Below, piece after piece: positions 42,017 through 50,074 of a DNA stretch of 64,000 bases (positions are counted from its first letter, which is position 1; every line of letters begins with the position of its first letter). The stretch is from a virus. The position numbers and the translations under genes are program-made. Location of the stretch: positions 1 through 64,000 of IMG/VR virus record IMGVR_UViG_3300029813_000275; one strand, written 5' to 3'. The notes beneath the pieces are model-generated. The model saw only the letters and a list, made by a program, of their open reading frames with translations. It made no database searches and had not been told where the DNA came from.

Positions 42017-42912
42017 TTCAGTATAGTTTTAATTAAATAATCAGCATCTTCTTGTTTCATACCTCCCGGATCCCCTTCAATATCTACACGCCAGGCGCCC
42101 ACCCCTCTAAACAATAATTCAGCCACTAATTTATTAGCTTGTCTTTTAGCTTGTGGATCACTATCAAATACAACAGCAATTCGTTTGAATGTATTAGCCA
42201 TAATACGAATTTGAAAATTGGTGTATTGAATACCAAGTGTTGCAAATGCATTTACACCAAACCGCCACACATCAACTATTCCTTCAACGCAAATCCCAGT
42301 ATTTCCCCAAGCGTTTTGCTTTCCATATAGAATATGTTTATGGTGAATTAATTCCCGGTCTGCGGGACAGGTTAAATATTTAAGTTTATGTTTATTGGTA
42401 ATATCACGCCCTTGGAAACTTACTTGGTCACCGCCCCAGAAAATCGGTGCAATAATCCGGTGCTTATAACTAATATTATCTAAAAAACTGACCGGCCCCG
42501 TTCCTAATAGATTCCATTCCTGGATTAGGTAGGCAGGGTCGAATCCTCTTTGTTCAAGATATTGTTTATGCCTGTTGGTTAAGAAAGTTGCCCCGCTTGG
42601 TAATTTGTGAGCTTTTAAACGAATTTTTCTTTTAATTTCTTTTACCGGTTTGGTTTTTCCTGCATATTGTTTTTGAATCCGTTTAGCTTCTTTTATGTTT
42701 ACTTTCAATAATCTTGCTATTGTTGCTTCTATAGAATGTGATTCACAACGCCAGCAAAAGAAATAATCATTATCCAGATTCCACCCCAAATGCATTCCGG
42801 GATTTCCGCTGCAAAATGGACATTCAGTATTGATCCATCCATATCGGTAATGCCGGTGCCCTTCGGGTGCATAAAGAATATTAAAATCTTCGTAAAATTG
42901 GATGATATTCAT
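42013..42912 (-). CDS. DNA primase (zinc finger + TOPRIM)
   Basis: CPFCSG......FFCWRCESH zinc ribbon; ICVEGIVDVWRF and AVVFDSDPQAKRQ TOPRIM motifs. Confidence 0.8.
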   Translation of the reverse strand: MNIIQFYEDFNILYAPEGHRHYRYGWINTECPFCSGNPGMHLGWNLDNDYFFCWRCESHSIEATIARLLKVNIKEAKRIQKQYAGKTKPVKEIKRKIRLKAHKLPSGATFLTNRHKQYLEQRGFDPAYLIQEWNLLGTGPVSFLDNISYKHRIIAPIFWGGDQVSFQGRDITNKHKLKYLTCPADRELIHHKHILYGKQNAWGNTGICVEGIVDVWRFGVNAFATLGIQYTNFQIRIMANTFKRIAVVFDSDPQAKRQANKLVAELLFRGVGAWRVDIEGDPGGMKQEDADYLIKTILK

Positions 42913-43167
42913 TTATGATTCTTTGTTTTTAAAATCTGATAGTTCTTTAAATTTTTTAAATAAATTGTATTCTTTGATTAATTTTCCTGAACTATTAGGA
43001 TTTTTCAATTGATGTTTTGTCATCCACAGGATTGTACTCATTAAAAGCGATTCTTTACTTTTTTCAGTTTTCAAAAGTAGATATTCATCAAGAGATGTTT
43101 TTAATATATCTAATAACATTTCTTCTGATGCCAATTCTGCCAACATAATCATAAGGTCTGGTTTCAT
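42913..43167 (-). CDS. hypothetical protein
   Basis: 84-aa ORF; preceded by TTTGTATAAT motif. Confidence 0.5.
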   Translation of the reverse strand: MKPDLMIMLAELASEEMLLDILKTSLDEYLLLKTEKSKESLLMSTILWMTKHQLKNPNSSGKLIKEYNLFKKFKELSDFKNKES

Positions 43168-43190
43168 AATTTTAGTTTTTTATTTAATAT

Positions 43191-43200
43191 ATTATACAAA
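43191..43200 (-). promoter_or_regulatory. promoter-like motif TTTGTATAAT (copy 5)
   Basis: Minus strand AATTAAAAAATTTGTATAATATATT; 24 nt upstream of ATG at 43167. Confidence 0.45.
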
Positions 43201-43208
43201 TTTTTTAA

Positions 43209-43664
43209 TTAAGAGAATGCCAATCGCAAATCACGTATTCCAATCCAGACTTTTTGCCATGACCAATGTTTCTTTTCTACCATTTCCCGGGCAATTTTTT
43301 TACGTGCAAGTTCTGGTGTAACAGATGAATATTTAATAGGATTACTAAGAACAACTTCTGCCATTTCTTGTGCATCTTTAGAAAGATTTTCAAAATAAGC
43401 CTTTGAATAAACCGGACGGGCTATATTAATATCTTCTACACCACAAACATGACCGTTTTGTTTTTCTTGTTCTTTCAGATAATTCTTTAAATGTGAAGTT
43501 ATGCAATGCCACATGTAGGTTGAGATTTTTCCTTGCTTTGGATCATAGTTTTTCAGGGCTTCACAATAAGCCAATGCAGCTTCCTGGAATAAGTCATCAC
43601 ATTCAATCCTGGTTGTTGTATGAAACGACCAAGCAATTTTCCTGATTAGATTTATGTTTTCCAT
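43209..43664 (-). CDS. sigma-70-family (ECF-like) RNA polymerase sigma factor
   Basis: 151 aa; CDDLFQEAALAYCEALKNYDPKQGKISTYMWHCITSHLKNYL matches sigma region 2 (DL.QE....l..a...yd...g.fstY....i......). Confidence 0.55.
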   Translation of the reverse strand: MENINLIRKIAWSFHTTTRIECDDLFQEAALAYCEALKNYDPKQGKISTYMWHCITSHLKNYLKEQEKQNGHVCGVEDINIARPVYSKAYFENLSKDAQEMAEVVLSNPIKYSSVTPELARKKIAREMVEKKHWSWQKVWIGIRDLRLAFS

Positions 43665-43665
43665 A

Positions 43666-43851
43666 TTATTTTGCTTTGAGATTTGGTAAACCTAAAACCC
43701 AACATATTCTACAACATCCCCATCCATGTTTATTCATATATTTGAAAGTAGTATCTGTTAAAGGATATTCTTTCTCACAAAAAAGACAATAAAAAGTTTT
43801 AACTTCTTTGAAGAGTTTTATTTTTCTGACTGGATTTATGTTTTTCATCAT
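43666..43851 (-). CDS. small zinc-ribbon protein
   Basis: 61 aa; CLFC....CCRIC cysteine pairs. Confidence 0.5.
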   Translation of the reverse strand: MMKNINPVRKIKLFKEVKTFYCLFCEKEYPLTDTTFKYMNKHGWGCCRICWVLGLPNLKAK

Positions 43852-44051
43852 TCAATAGTATGCATCATTAATGTTATGAGCAAATGATTGTAATCACTGG
43901 TCATGCATTCAGTAATAACTAAATTGATTTCTTTCATTGTCCAGCCTTGAAGTTTAGCTTCCTTTTGGAATGCCCCCATTAATGAAAAAGCATTTCCATT
44001 CAGTCCAACTAAGGTCATTTTAACTTGTTTTCCGTTTACTAAGTTTTCCAT
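43848..44051 (-). CDS. hypothetical protein
   Basis: 67-aa ORF, overlapping stop/start. Confidence 0.5.
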   Translation of the reverse strand: MENLVNGKQVKMTLVGLNGNAFSLMGAFQKEAKLQGWTMKEINLVITECMTSDYNHLLITLMMHTIE

Positions 44052-44077
44052 GATTTCTAAATTTTATTTGATTAAAT

Positions 44078-44254
44078 TTAATAATTAATAATTTCAAATG
44101 AATAGTAATTTTTTTGATAACCAAATCCTTTGTCAAGATTTGAGGCAGTTATTTGCTGAACTAATTTTAATACTTGCCCATCAAATTTTGCAGATGGCCT
44201 AATTACCTGAAAATTTTTCTTGTCTTCTGTGAAGTAAATTATTATTGTTTTCAT
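44078..44254 (-). CDS. hypothetical 58-aa protein (below ORF-track cutoff)
   Basis: MKTIIIYFTEDKKNFQVIRPSAKFDGQVLKLVQQITASNLDKGFGYQKNYYSFEIINY; fills most of the 44052-44257 gap. Confidence 0.4.
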   Translation of the reverse strand: MKTIIIYFTEDKKNFQVIRPSAKFDGQVLKLVQQITASNLDKGFGYQKNYYSFEIINY

Positions 44255-44257
44255 GAT

Positions 44258-44569
44258 TTATGGATTTTTTATGAAATTTCCGATTTCTCGCCTTGTCATA
44301 TAGAAATTTTTTGCAACTAATATTAAGATTATTTCTTTTAATGAATAATCTTTACTGATGTTTACCCATACAAGTTTACCTGTTTCTTCATCTTTACAAT
44401 CAACTTTGAAAGCAGGGAATTCTTTTTGAATAATTAATTTACGATAATACTTTGCATTTCTGATTAATTCATTTTTTTCTGACCAATCAATATACGCATT
44501 ACCTAAACCAATTTTGGATGCCCTTTCGTAAGCATCATCAATATAATTCCTTAATTCTTGCTTTGTCAT
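44258..44569 (-). CDS. hypothetical protein
   Basis: 103-aa ORF in minus-strand array. Confidence 0.55.
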   Translation of the reverse strand: MTKQELRNYIDDAYERASKIGLGNAYIDWSEKNELIRNAKYYRKLIIQKEFPAFKVDCKDEETGKLVWVNISKDYSLKEIILILVAKNFYMTRREIGNFIKNP

Positions 44570-44754
44570 GATTTATGTTCTTCTTTTTTTAACATTTCTT
44601 TTACTTTAAATGCCTGTTCTTTTAAATATAAATGACCGGCAAAATATATTGATTCAGATTGATGACTATCATCCACTAAACAATGATAAATCCCTTGTGC
44701 ATCTCTTAAAGCAATCCAGATGTATTTTCCATCTCTTTTTGTTACTATTTCCAT
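44566..44754 (-). CDS. hypothetical protein
   Basis: 62-aa ORF, ATGA overlap. Confidence 0.5.
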   Translation of the reverse strand: MEIVTKRDGKYIWIALRDAQGIYHCLVDDSHQSESIYFAGHLYLKEQAFKVKEMLKKEEHKS

Positions 44755-44756
44755 GA

Positions 44757-44987
44757 TTAAACTTTTTTTACTTTCATTTGGAAAACATCCGTCACCTCAT
44801 AACAACCATATGGGGTAGTGATACAATATTCGCCGGTTGTGTTGAAATGAGAAATTTTTGCAATTTCGATAAGGGCTTCTTGAATAGTATGAAATATTCC
44901 AGGTTGAAGAATAAATCTTATTCCATTTTTGGGCTTCCAAGAAATTCTAACTATCACGTACCAGGCATTTAATTCTTCTGTTTTCAT
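44757..44987 (-). CDS. hypothetical protein
   Basis: 76-aa ORF in minus-strand array. Confidence 0.5.
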   Translation of the reverse strand: MKTEELNAWYVIVRISWKPKNGIRFILQPGIFHTIQEALIEIAKISHFNTTGEYCITTPYGCYEVTDVFQMKVKKV

Positions 44988-45008
44988 GATTTTTAAATTT
45001 TATTTGAT

Positions 45009-45263
45009 TTACCAAATATAAAATTCCATTTCGTCAGAAGTGATTGTTTTGTCAAGCGTGATTGTCTTTTTATTTTTTAATAATTCTGTAATACTAAAAG
45101 TACTTCCTACATTTGTGAGGGATGCTTTTTTATGCATATACCATGACCATGCCCCTTCTTCCCGTTGCCAATATCCAGCATAAGTTCTATGGAATGAATT
45201 AATATCCAATTCTATATCAAATTTTTCTTTTGCTAATTTTGCAAATTTTTCGATCTTTGTCAT
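45009..45263 (-). CDS. hypothetical protein
   Basis: 84-aa ORF, start overlaps the SNF2 stop. Confidence 0.5.
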   Translation of the reverse strand: MTKIEKFAKLAKEKFDIELDINSFHRTYAGYWQREEGAWSWYMHKKASLTNVGSTFSITELLKNKKTITLDKTITSDEMEFYIW

Positions 45264-47290
45264 GATTCATATTCTTTCATTAATTCACTTAATAATGATT
45301 CACTTTCGGTTACTTTCCCATCTAAGACACTGTCTAACACTTTGCGTTTCTTGTCAATCAATTTGGCAATCTTTTCTTCGATAGTATTAGCGGCTAATAA
45401 ATAATTTATGTTCACACTATTTCGTTGTCCGATACGATGACAGCGATCTTCTGCCTGTGTGACTTCACCAGGGGTCCAAGGGAGTTCTAAAAATACCACA
45501 TTACTGGCAGCGGTCAGGGTGATACCAACCCCGGCAGCTTTAATATTACCAATAAATAATTGAATTTTATCATCATTTTGAAATGTATCAACTGCTTTTT
45601 GACGATTAGCGCCGGTAACTGATCCATCTACTTTCACAGCAATATTTCCAAATTCTTCCATTAAGCTATTAATAACAAACCGGTGAGTGGCAAATATGAT
45701 CAATTTACCATCTACATTAAGAAAATTACGAATCCAATCAATACACTGTGTTAATTTACCTTTAACAGCCAATTGTTTTAATCCTTCGATTTCCGCTAAG
45801 GTTTCTGCGTTTGAAGCTCTTTGTGCAGCTTCCCGTCCTTTTTGTAATTGTACGAATTGGATGAAATTATTTTCAGCAAATGCATATTCCTTTTCATTGT
45901 TTAATTCCATTGGTACATAAGAACGTGTTTTTTCAGGTAAATCAGATAGTACATCTCGTTTCAATCTCCGAAGCATTATTGTATTTATTAATAAACTGTG
46001 GAATTCATTGGTATTAGTTGCCCCATCAAAAGTCCAGCCAAATCCATTATGTCTTGCTCCATAAAATTTACGGGCGGTTTCCCAAAAAGAGGGTAATATT
46101 GTAGGGTCAATTATTCTAATAGCGTTATCTATTTCTCTGGGACGGTTAACAATCGGCGTTCCGGAAAGGGCTATTATATGAGAAATATTTTTACTTAATT
46201 TTTTTATAGCTTTGGTGCGTTTAGCTTTATTATTTTTAAAGTAATGGCACTCGTCAGTTATAAGCACTCGGATGTTGATTGTTTGAAGTTTTTCTATCCA
46301 GGCAAGCAGTATGTCATAATTGATAATAATGAGTTCCCCGAATAAACCCATATCAATATTTGTACCAGATAAGATTTGTATTTTTGGAGAATCCATCCAT
46401 TTTTCAGCTTCTCTTGCCCAATTAAGTTTTAATGATGCAGGCACTACAATAATGACAGGGCGTAATTCAGGATGTATCATTAGCCATGCAAGAGCCTGTA
46501 TTGTCTTTCCTAATCCCATTTCATCTGCTATTAAAGCCCTGCCTTGTTTATGTTCAATAAAGGCAACACCTTTTTTTTGGAAAGGATATAAAGGATATTT
46601 CAATCCAGGGATTTCAATCTCATCAATTTGATCAACGTTTGCTTTTGTGTGTTGGAGATATTCTTCAAGCCTTGGATCCAAAGTGAATCTCCATTCCTTT
46701 AACATTTCAACAGCATCGACGGATAATGGAGCAATCCAATGTTTTTCTTCAGCGTTCCATTTACGGTCAGGGAGAGTACGTACCAAATCCAAATCTTCAC
46801 GGTTGAAAGGAAATTGGATTTTAATAGCAAACTTTTCACTTTTTTGATATTTGACTAAGATTGCCCGCCGGCTTGAATTGTTATTTGAATTGGAATTATT
46901 CAATTTTGGATGGTTTGAAGGAATGATTACCTCTTCATTTGTTTTAAGGGTTTCTGATATAGTGGATTTTGGTATCCACCCATCCACTTTAATATCTTCT
47001 CTGATAATTTGTTTTAACCGTTCAATATTCTCTTTTGAATATCCCCCAACCAGATCCCAATTCCAATAATGTTTTCCACATTCAGGGCCTATGCCTAATT
47101 CAACTGAAACAGGATGTGTTAATGTTCTTCCGCATACACAGCAAACTCCCATGCGGGCAGTTTCAATCGTTCCATGTCCATATAAATAAATTGCTTTGTC
47201 GGTTTCAATAATAGGTTTTCCTACAAAATAAATTGGTATTTTATTTCGTACGGCAAATCCTTTTTTGATTTTATATAGTTTTGTTTTCAT
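45260..47290 (-). CDS. SNF2-family helicase with N-terminal Cys motif
   Basis: LYPFQKKGVAFIE...ALIADEMGLGKTIQALAW (motif I), LITDECHYFKN (DEAH-like), QLFIGNIKAAGVGITLTAA...AEDRCHRIGQ (motifs V/VI). N-terminal CCVCGRTLTHPVSVELGIGPECGKH motif. Confidence 0.9.
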   Translation of the reverse strand: MKTKLYKIKKGFAVRNKIPIYFVGKPIIETDKAIYLYGHGTIETARMGVCCVCGRTLTHPVSVELGIGPECGKHYWNWDLVGGYSKENIERLKQIIREDIKVDGWIPKSTISETLKTNEEVIIPSNHPKLNNSNSNNNSSRRAILVKYQKSEKFAIKIQFPFNREDLDLVRTLPDRKWNAEEKHWIAPLSVDAVEMLKEWRFTLDPRLEEYLQHTKANVDQIDEIEIPGLKYPLYPFQKKGVAFIEHKQGRALIADEMGLGKTIQALAWLMIHPELRPVIIVVPASLKLNWAREAEKWMDSPKIQILSGTNIDMGLFGELIIINYDILLAWIEKLQTINIRVLITDECHYFKNNKAKRTKAIKKLSKNISHIIALSGTPIVNRPREIDNAIRIIDPTILPSFWETARKFYGARHNGFGWTFDGATNTNEFHSLLINTIMLRRLKRDVLSDLPEKTRSYVPMELNNEKEYAFAENNFIQFVQLQKGREAAQRASNAETLAEIEGLKQLAVKGKLTQCIDWIRNFLNVDGKLIIFATHRFVINSLMEEFGNIAVKVDGSVTGANRQKAVDTFQNDDKIQLFIGNIKAAGVGITLTAASNVVFLELPWTPGEVTQAEDRCHRIGQRNSVNINYLLAANTIEEKIAKLIDKKRKVLDSVLDGKVTESESLLSELMKEYES

Positions 47291-47296
47291 GGCTTT

Positions 47297-47554
47297 TTAT
47301 TTACAAATTTCACAATCTATTTGTTTACATTTTTCAGGAAATCCCATTAAATAATCATTCACTAAATCCTGATATGCTTCATTTATATTAGGATACCCAT
47401 TTAATTGCAAGTCTTTGTAATGAATATCATTACCATAAAATACAAAACCATTTGGGGCATCCAAAGAAATAAATCCATAATTTTTAACTGTGCCCCAAAT
47501 TTCATATTTTACATTGTATTTATTACAAATTTCTATAAATTGCTTACGTTTCAT
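47297..47554 (-). CDS. hypothetical protein
   Basis: 85-aa ORF in early array. Confidence 0.5.
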   Translation of the reverse strand: MKRKQFIEICNKYNVKYEIWGTVKNYGFISLDAPNGFVFYGNDIHYKDLQLNGYPNINEAYQDLVNDYLMGFPEKCKQIDCEICK

Positions 47555-47558
47555 GATT

Positions 47559-47891
47559 TTAATATTTTGTTCTTATAAGTTTGATTTCGTTATTCATTTT
47601 CAGTTTTTCATAAGTTTCTTTGTAACGATTTTTCCGTCTATTTAACACAGCATAGAATTCCTTGTTTTCTTTTGCAAGGAATGGGCGGTCTTTAATCATT
47701 CCATTTGGAAATAACAATTTAACGAGTTCTTCAGAAAGACAATGTTCATACCCATCACCAACTTCGTAATATCTGATTTTGTTATTAATTCGGGCTTGTA
47801 TTACAAAATTGATATTATTATGCCAACGGTATTTTTTATTTGGTCGGGCGGTTGCGAGGAGTTTCATGATTTTTTGTTTTTTTGAGAACAT
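47559..47891 (-). CDS. hypothetical protein
   Basis: 110-aa ORF in early array. Confidence 0.5.
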   Translation of the reverse strand: MFSKKQKIMKLLATARPNKKYRWHNNINFVIQARINNKIRYYEVGDGYEHCLSEELVKLLFPNGMIKDRPFLAKENKEFYAVLNRRKNRYKETYEKLKMNNEIKLIRTKY

Positions 47892-48121
47892 GCATATAAT
47901 ACTTCTCCTGAAGAACTAATAATAGAAATAATGTAATCACAACCATCACCATTTACTTCATCTATTTTTTCTATTAATTGTTGTTCACTTAATGATTCAT
48001 CTTCTAAGCCACACAAATGATTTTTATGAATGTCAATTAATGATTGTTTTGTCGTTCCTGTGTATTTTGTGACGCCGCTATTTTTGAAATAGCCTTCAAA
48101 AGATACAAATAATGTTTTCAT
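47864..48121 (-). CDS. hypothetical protein
   Basis: 85-aa ORF in early array. Confidence 0.5.
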   Translation of the reverse strand: MKTLFVSFEGYFKNSGVTKYTGTTKQSLIDIHKNHLCGLEDESLSEQQLIEKIDEVNGDGCDYIISIISSSGEVLYACSQKNKKS

Positions 48122-48132
48122 GGCTTTGTTTT

Positions 48133-48348
48133 TTATAGTTTTATCGACCGAAATGAGTTAAGGAAAATTTCTCTTTCAGTTTTTTCATTGATAAAATATT
48201 TTTCAACTTCATCATCATACCAAAAATCAACTCCGGAAATGAAATTTTCTTTTAGAATTTCGGGATTACCCTTAAATTCTTTCAAAGGATTGCCCATAAA
48301 GGAATTACTTTCTTTCCATTTTTTGTAAGTTTCTTCTGCTGTTTTCAT
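48133..48348 (-). CDS. hypothetical protein
   Basis: 71-aa ORF in early array. Confidence 0.5.
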   Translation of the reverse strand: MKTAEETYKKWKESNSFMGNPLKEFKGNPEILKENFISGVDFWYDDEVEKYFINEKTEREIFLNSFRSIKL

Positions 48349-48383
48349 GGTTTTATAGTTTTAATTAAGAATTTGAACACTGC

Positions 48384-48400
48384 CCCGGAAACGATCCGGG
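48384..48400 (-). other. GC-rich hairpin in intergenic gap
   Basis: CCCGGA-aacga-TCCGGG, 6-bp stem; stands out in AT-rich context; no adjacent U-run. Confidence 0.35.
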
Positions 48401-48417
48401 ACTTGCTCCAAGCAGGA

Positions 48418-48609
48418 TTATTCATCTGGTATATCAAATTCAAGATGAACATTACCACAATAATTTATTTGTGATATTATTCTCTTTTGTTGATCTTTAG
48501 CAAATAAATCAAATATGTCAGGTTCAGATAATTCACAAATCTTATTATTAATATACCACTGATATTTTCCAAATCCGACATCTTTTCGTTCTAATTTTAT
48601 TGTTTTCAT
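48418..48609 (-). CDS. hypothetical protein
   Basis: 63-aa ORF in early array. Confidence 0.5.
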   Translation of the reverse strand: MKTIKLERKDVGFGKYQWYINNKICELSEPDIFDLFAKDQQKRIISQINYCGNVHLEFDIPDE

Positions 48610-48619
48610 GGCTTTTAGT

Positions 48620-48814
48620 TTATCCTAAAATTTTAATTTCTTCGCCTTTTGCTGCAAGATCAATAAGTTCAAAAGCATCTTCATTATCAAGACGTTTTAA
48701 TATTTGCGAAGTTGAAACGGTACTGGTTACATTAGGATAACTTAATAATTCATTTACCTGCTTATATGTAGCAGGAAAGAAAACTTTTTTGAAAGGTAAT
48801 TTTACTGTTTTCAT
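48620..48814 (-). CDS. hypothetical protein, first gene of minus-strand block
   Basis: Start placed at MKTVKLPF (48814). This matches the catggctt start context of neighbouring genes. The longer ORF to 48868 would swallow a TATAAT-like element at 48830-48835. Confidence 0.45.
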   Translation of the reverse strand: MKTVKLPFKKVFFPATYKQVNELLSYPNVTSTVSTSQILKRLDNEDAFELIDLAAKGEEIKILG

Positions 48815-49031
48815 GGCTTTAGGTTTTAAATTATACTGTAAAGATAATAATAATTTTCCGTATTCCAAACTTTTTTAAAGTTATTTTTAATATTTCTTTA
48901 AAAGAATTATAAGGATAAATAGTTAGTAATTAAAGAGTTATGAATATTTTTTAAAAAAAGACGTAATTTATATTGATTATAAATAAAAAATCCATTTTTT
49001 TTATTTAATTTTATGGTATTAATCTTTAATT

Positions 49032-49547
49032 ATGAAAAGAACCAGATTTCAAAAATTTCCGAAGGATTCTGGTGTATATTCAATTACATCTAAGATAAAT
49101 AACAAACGTTATATCGGCAGCGCATTTGATCTCAAAAGAAGAAAACAAGGTCATTTGTATGCCCTGAGAAAAAGGCAACATGAAAATCCTCATTTACAAA
49201 ATCATGTTAATAAATATGGATTGGATGATTTACAATTTTTTATACTTGAATTTTGCCAAAAGGAAAAGTTGATTGAACGAGAACAATATTGGTATGATTT
49301 GATACAACCGGAATTTAATATATGTAAAGAAGCCAGAAGTGTTATGTTTGGAAGGAAACATACAATAGAAGCGAAACGAAAGATAGGTGAAAAAAATAAA
49401 GGTAATATACATTCAGAAGAGGCAAAACGAAGAATGAGTGAATCCCTTAAAGGAAAGAAAGGAAAGAAAGGGCCTAAAGGATTTAGAACAGTAAAACATT
49501 ATGCTTATGTTTATTTCTTTTCTGATTTTAATATTCTTAGAGCATGA
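49032..49547 (+). mobile_element. GIY-YIG homing endonuclease (Seg/I-TevI-like) with NUMOD3-type repeats
   Basis: SGVYSITSKINNKRYIGSA.DLKRR...H (GIY-(10)-YIG), REQYWYDL..PEFNI, then GRKHTIEAKRKIGEKNKG / HSEEAKRRMSESLKGKKG repeats. Sits directly upstream of the terminase genes. Confidence 0.8.
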
Positions 49548-50074
49548 AACGAACAAAATATTCAGATTATCTACTATTAAAAAGAACAAAGCCGGGAAAA
49601 TGGAATAATGACAGATGCCGCCAGGTCTTTGAATTGGCTTTGTTAGGTTTAATAGATAAAAAGATAGCACAGGCAATGGATGTAAGTGTTCAAACTATTG
49701 ATAATTGGAAGCGAAGACACCCTGAATTTTTAGAAGCAATGCGAGCTGGTAAGGATAAGGCTGATGCAAAAGTAGTAAAAGCATTATATGAAGTAGCTAT
49801 CGGATATAGTCATCCAGACGTACATGTTTCAAACTACAAAGGAGAAATAACAATAACCCCAATCACAAAACATTACCCCCCTAATCCTTATGCAGGGTAC
49901 AAATGGTTGACTATACGACAACGCAAAATATGGGCAGAAGTAAATAAATCGATCCCACCACCAGCTAATTTAACCCAAATTAATTTTAATATGTTTACAA
50001 AACAGGAAAAATTGGCATTGGAAAAAATAGGCATGATACAATTAATAGAACAAGGCAATATAAATAATGATTGA
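49544..50074 (+). CDS. terminase small subunit
   Basis: 176 aa immediately upstream of, and overlapping, the large terminase; HTH ...DKKIAQAMDVSVQTIDNWKRRHPEFLEAM typical of TerS. Confidence 0.65.
   Translation: MKRTKYSDYLLLKRTKPGKWNNDRCRQVFELALLGLIDKKIAQAMDVSVQTIDNWKRRHPEFLEAMRAGKDKADAKVVKALYEVAIGYSHPDVHVSNYKGEITITPITKHYPPNPYAGYKWLTIRQRKIWAEVNKSIPPPANLTQINFNMFTKQEKLALEKIGMIQLIEQGNINND

Noticed and set aside
48869-49031. Divergent early/late control region with several A/T palindromes (for example TTTTTTAAAAAAA)
   Set aside because: It almost certainly contains promoters. In a stretch this AT-rich, though, I could not single out specific operators or -35/-10 pairs with confidence beyond the CAGTATAAT element at 48830-48838.
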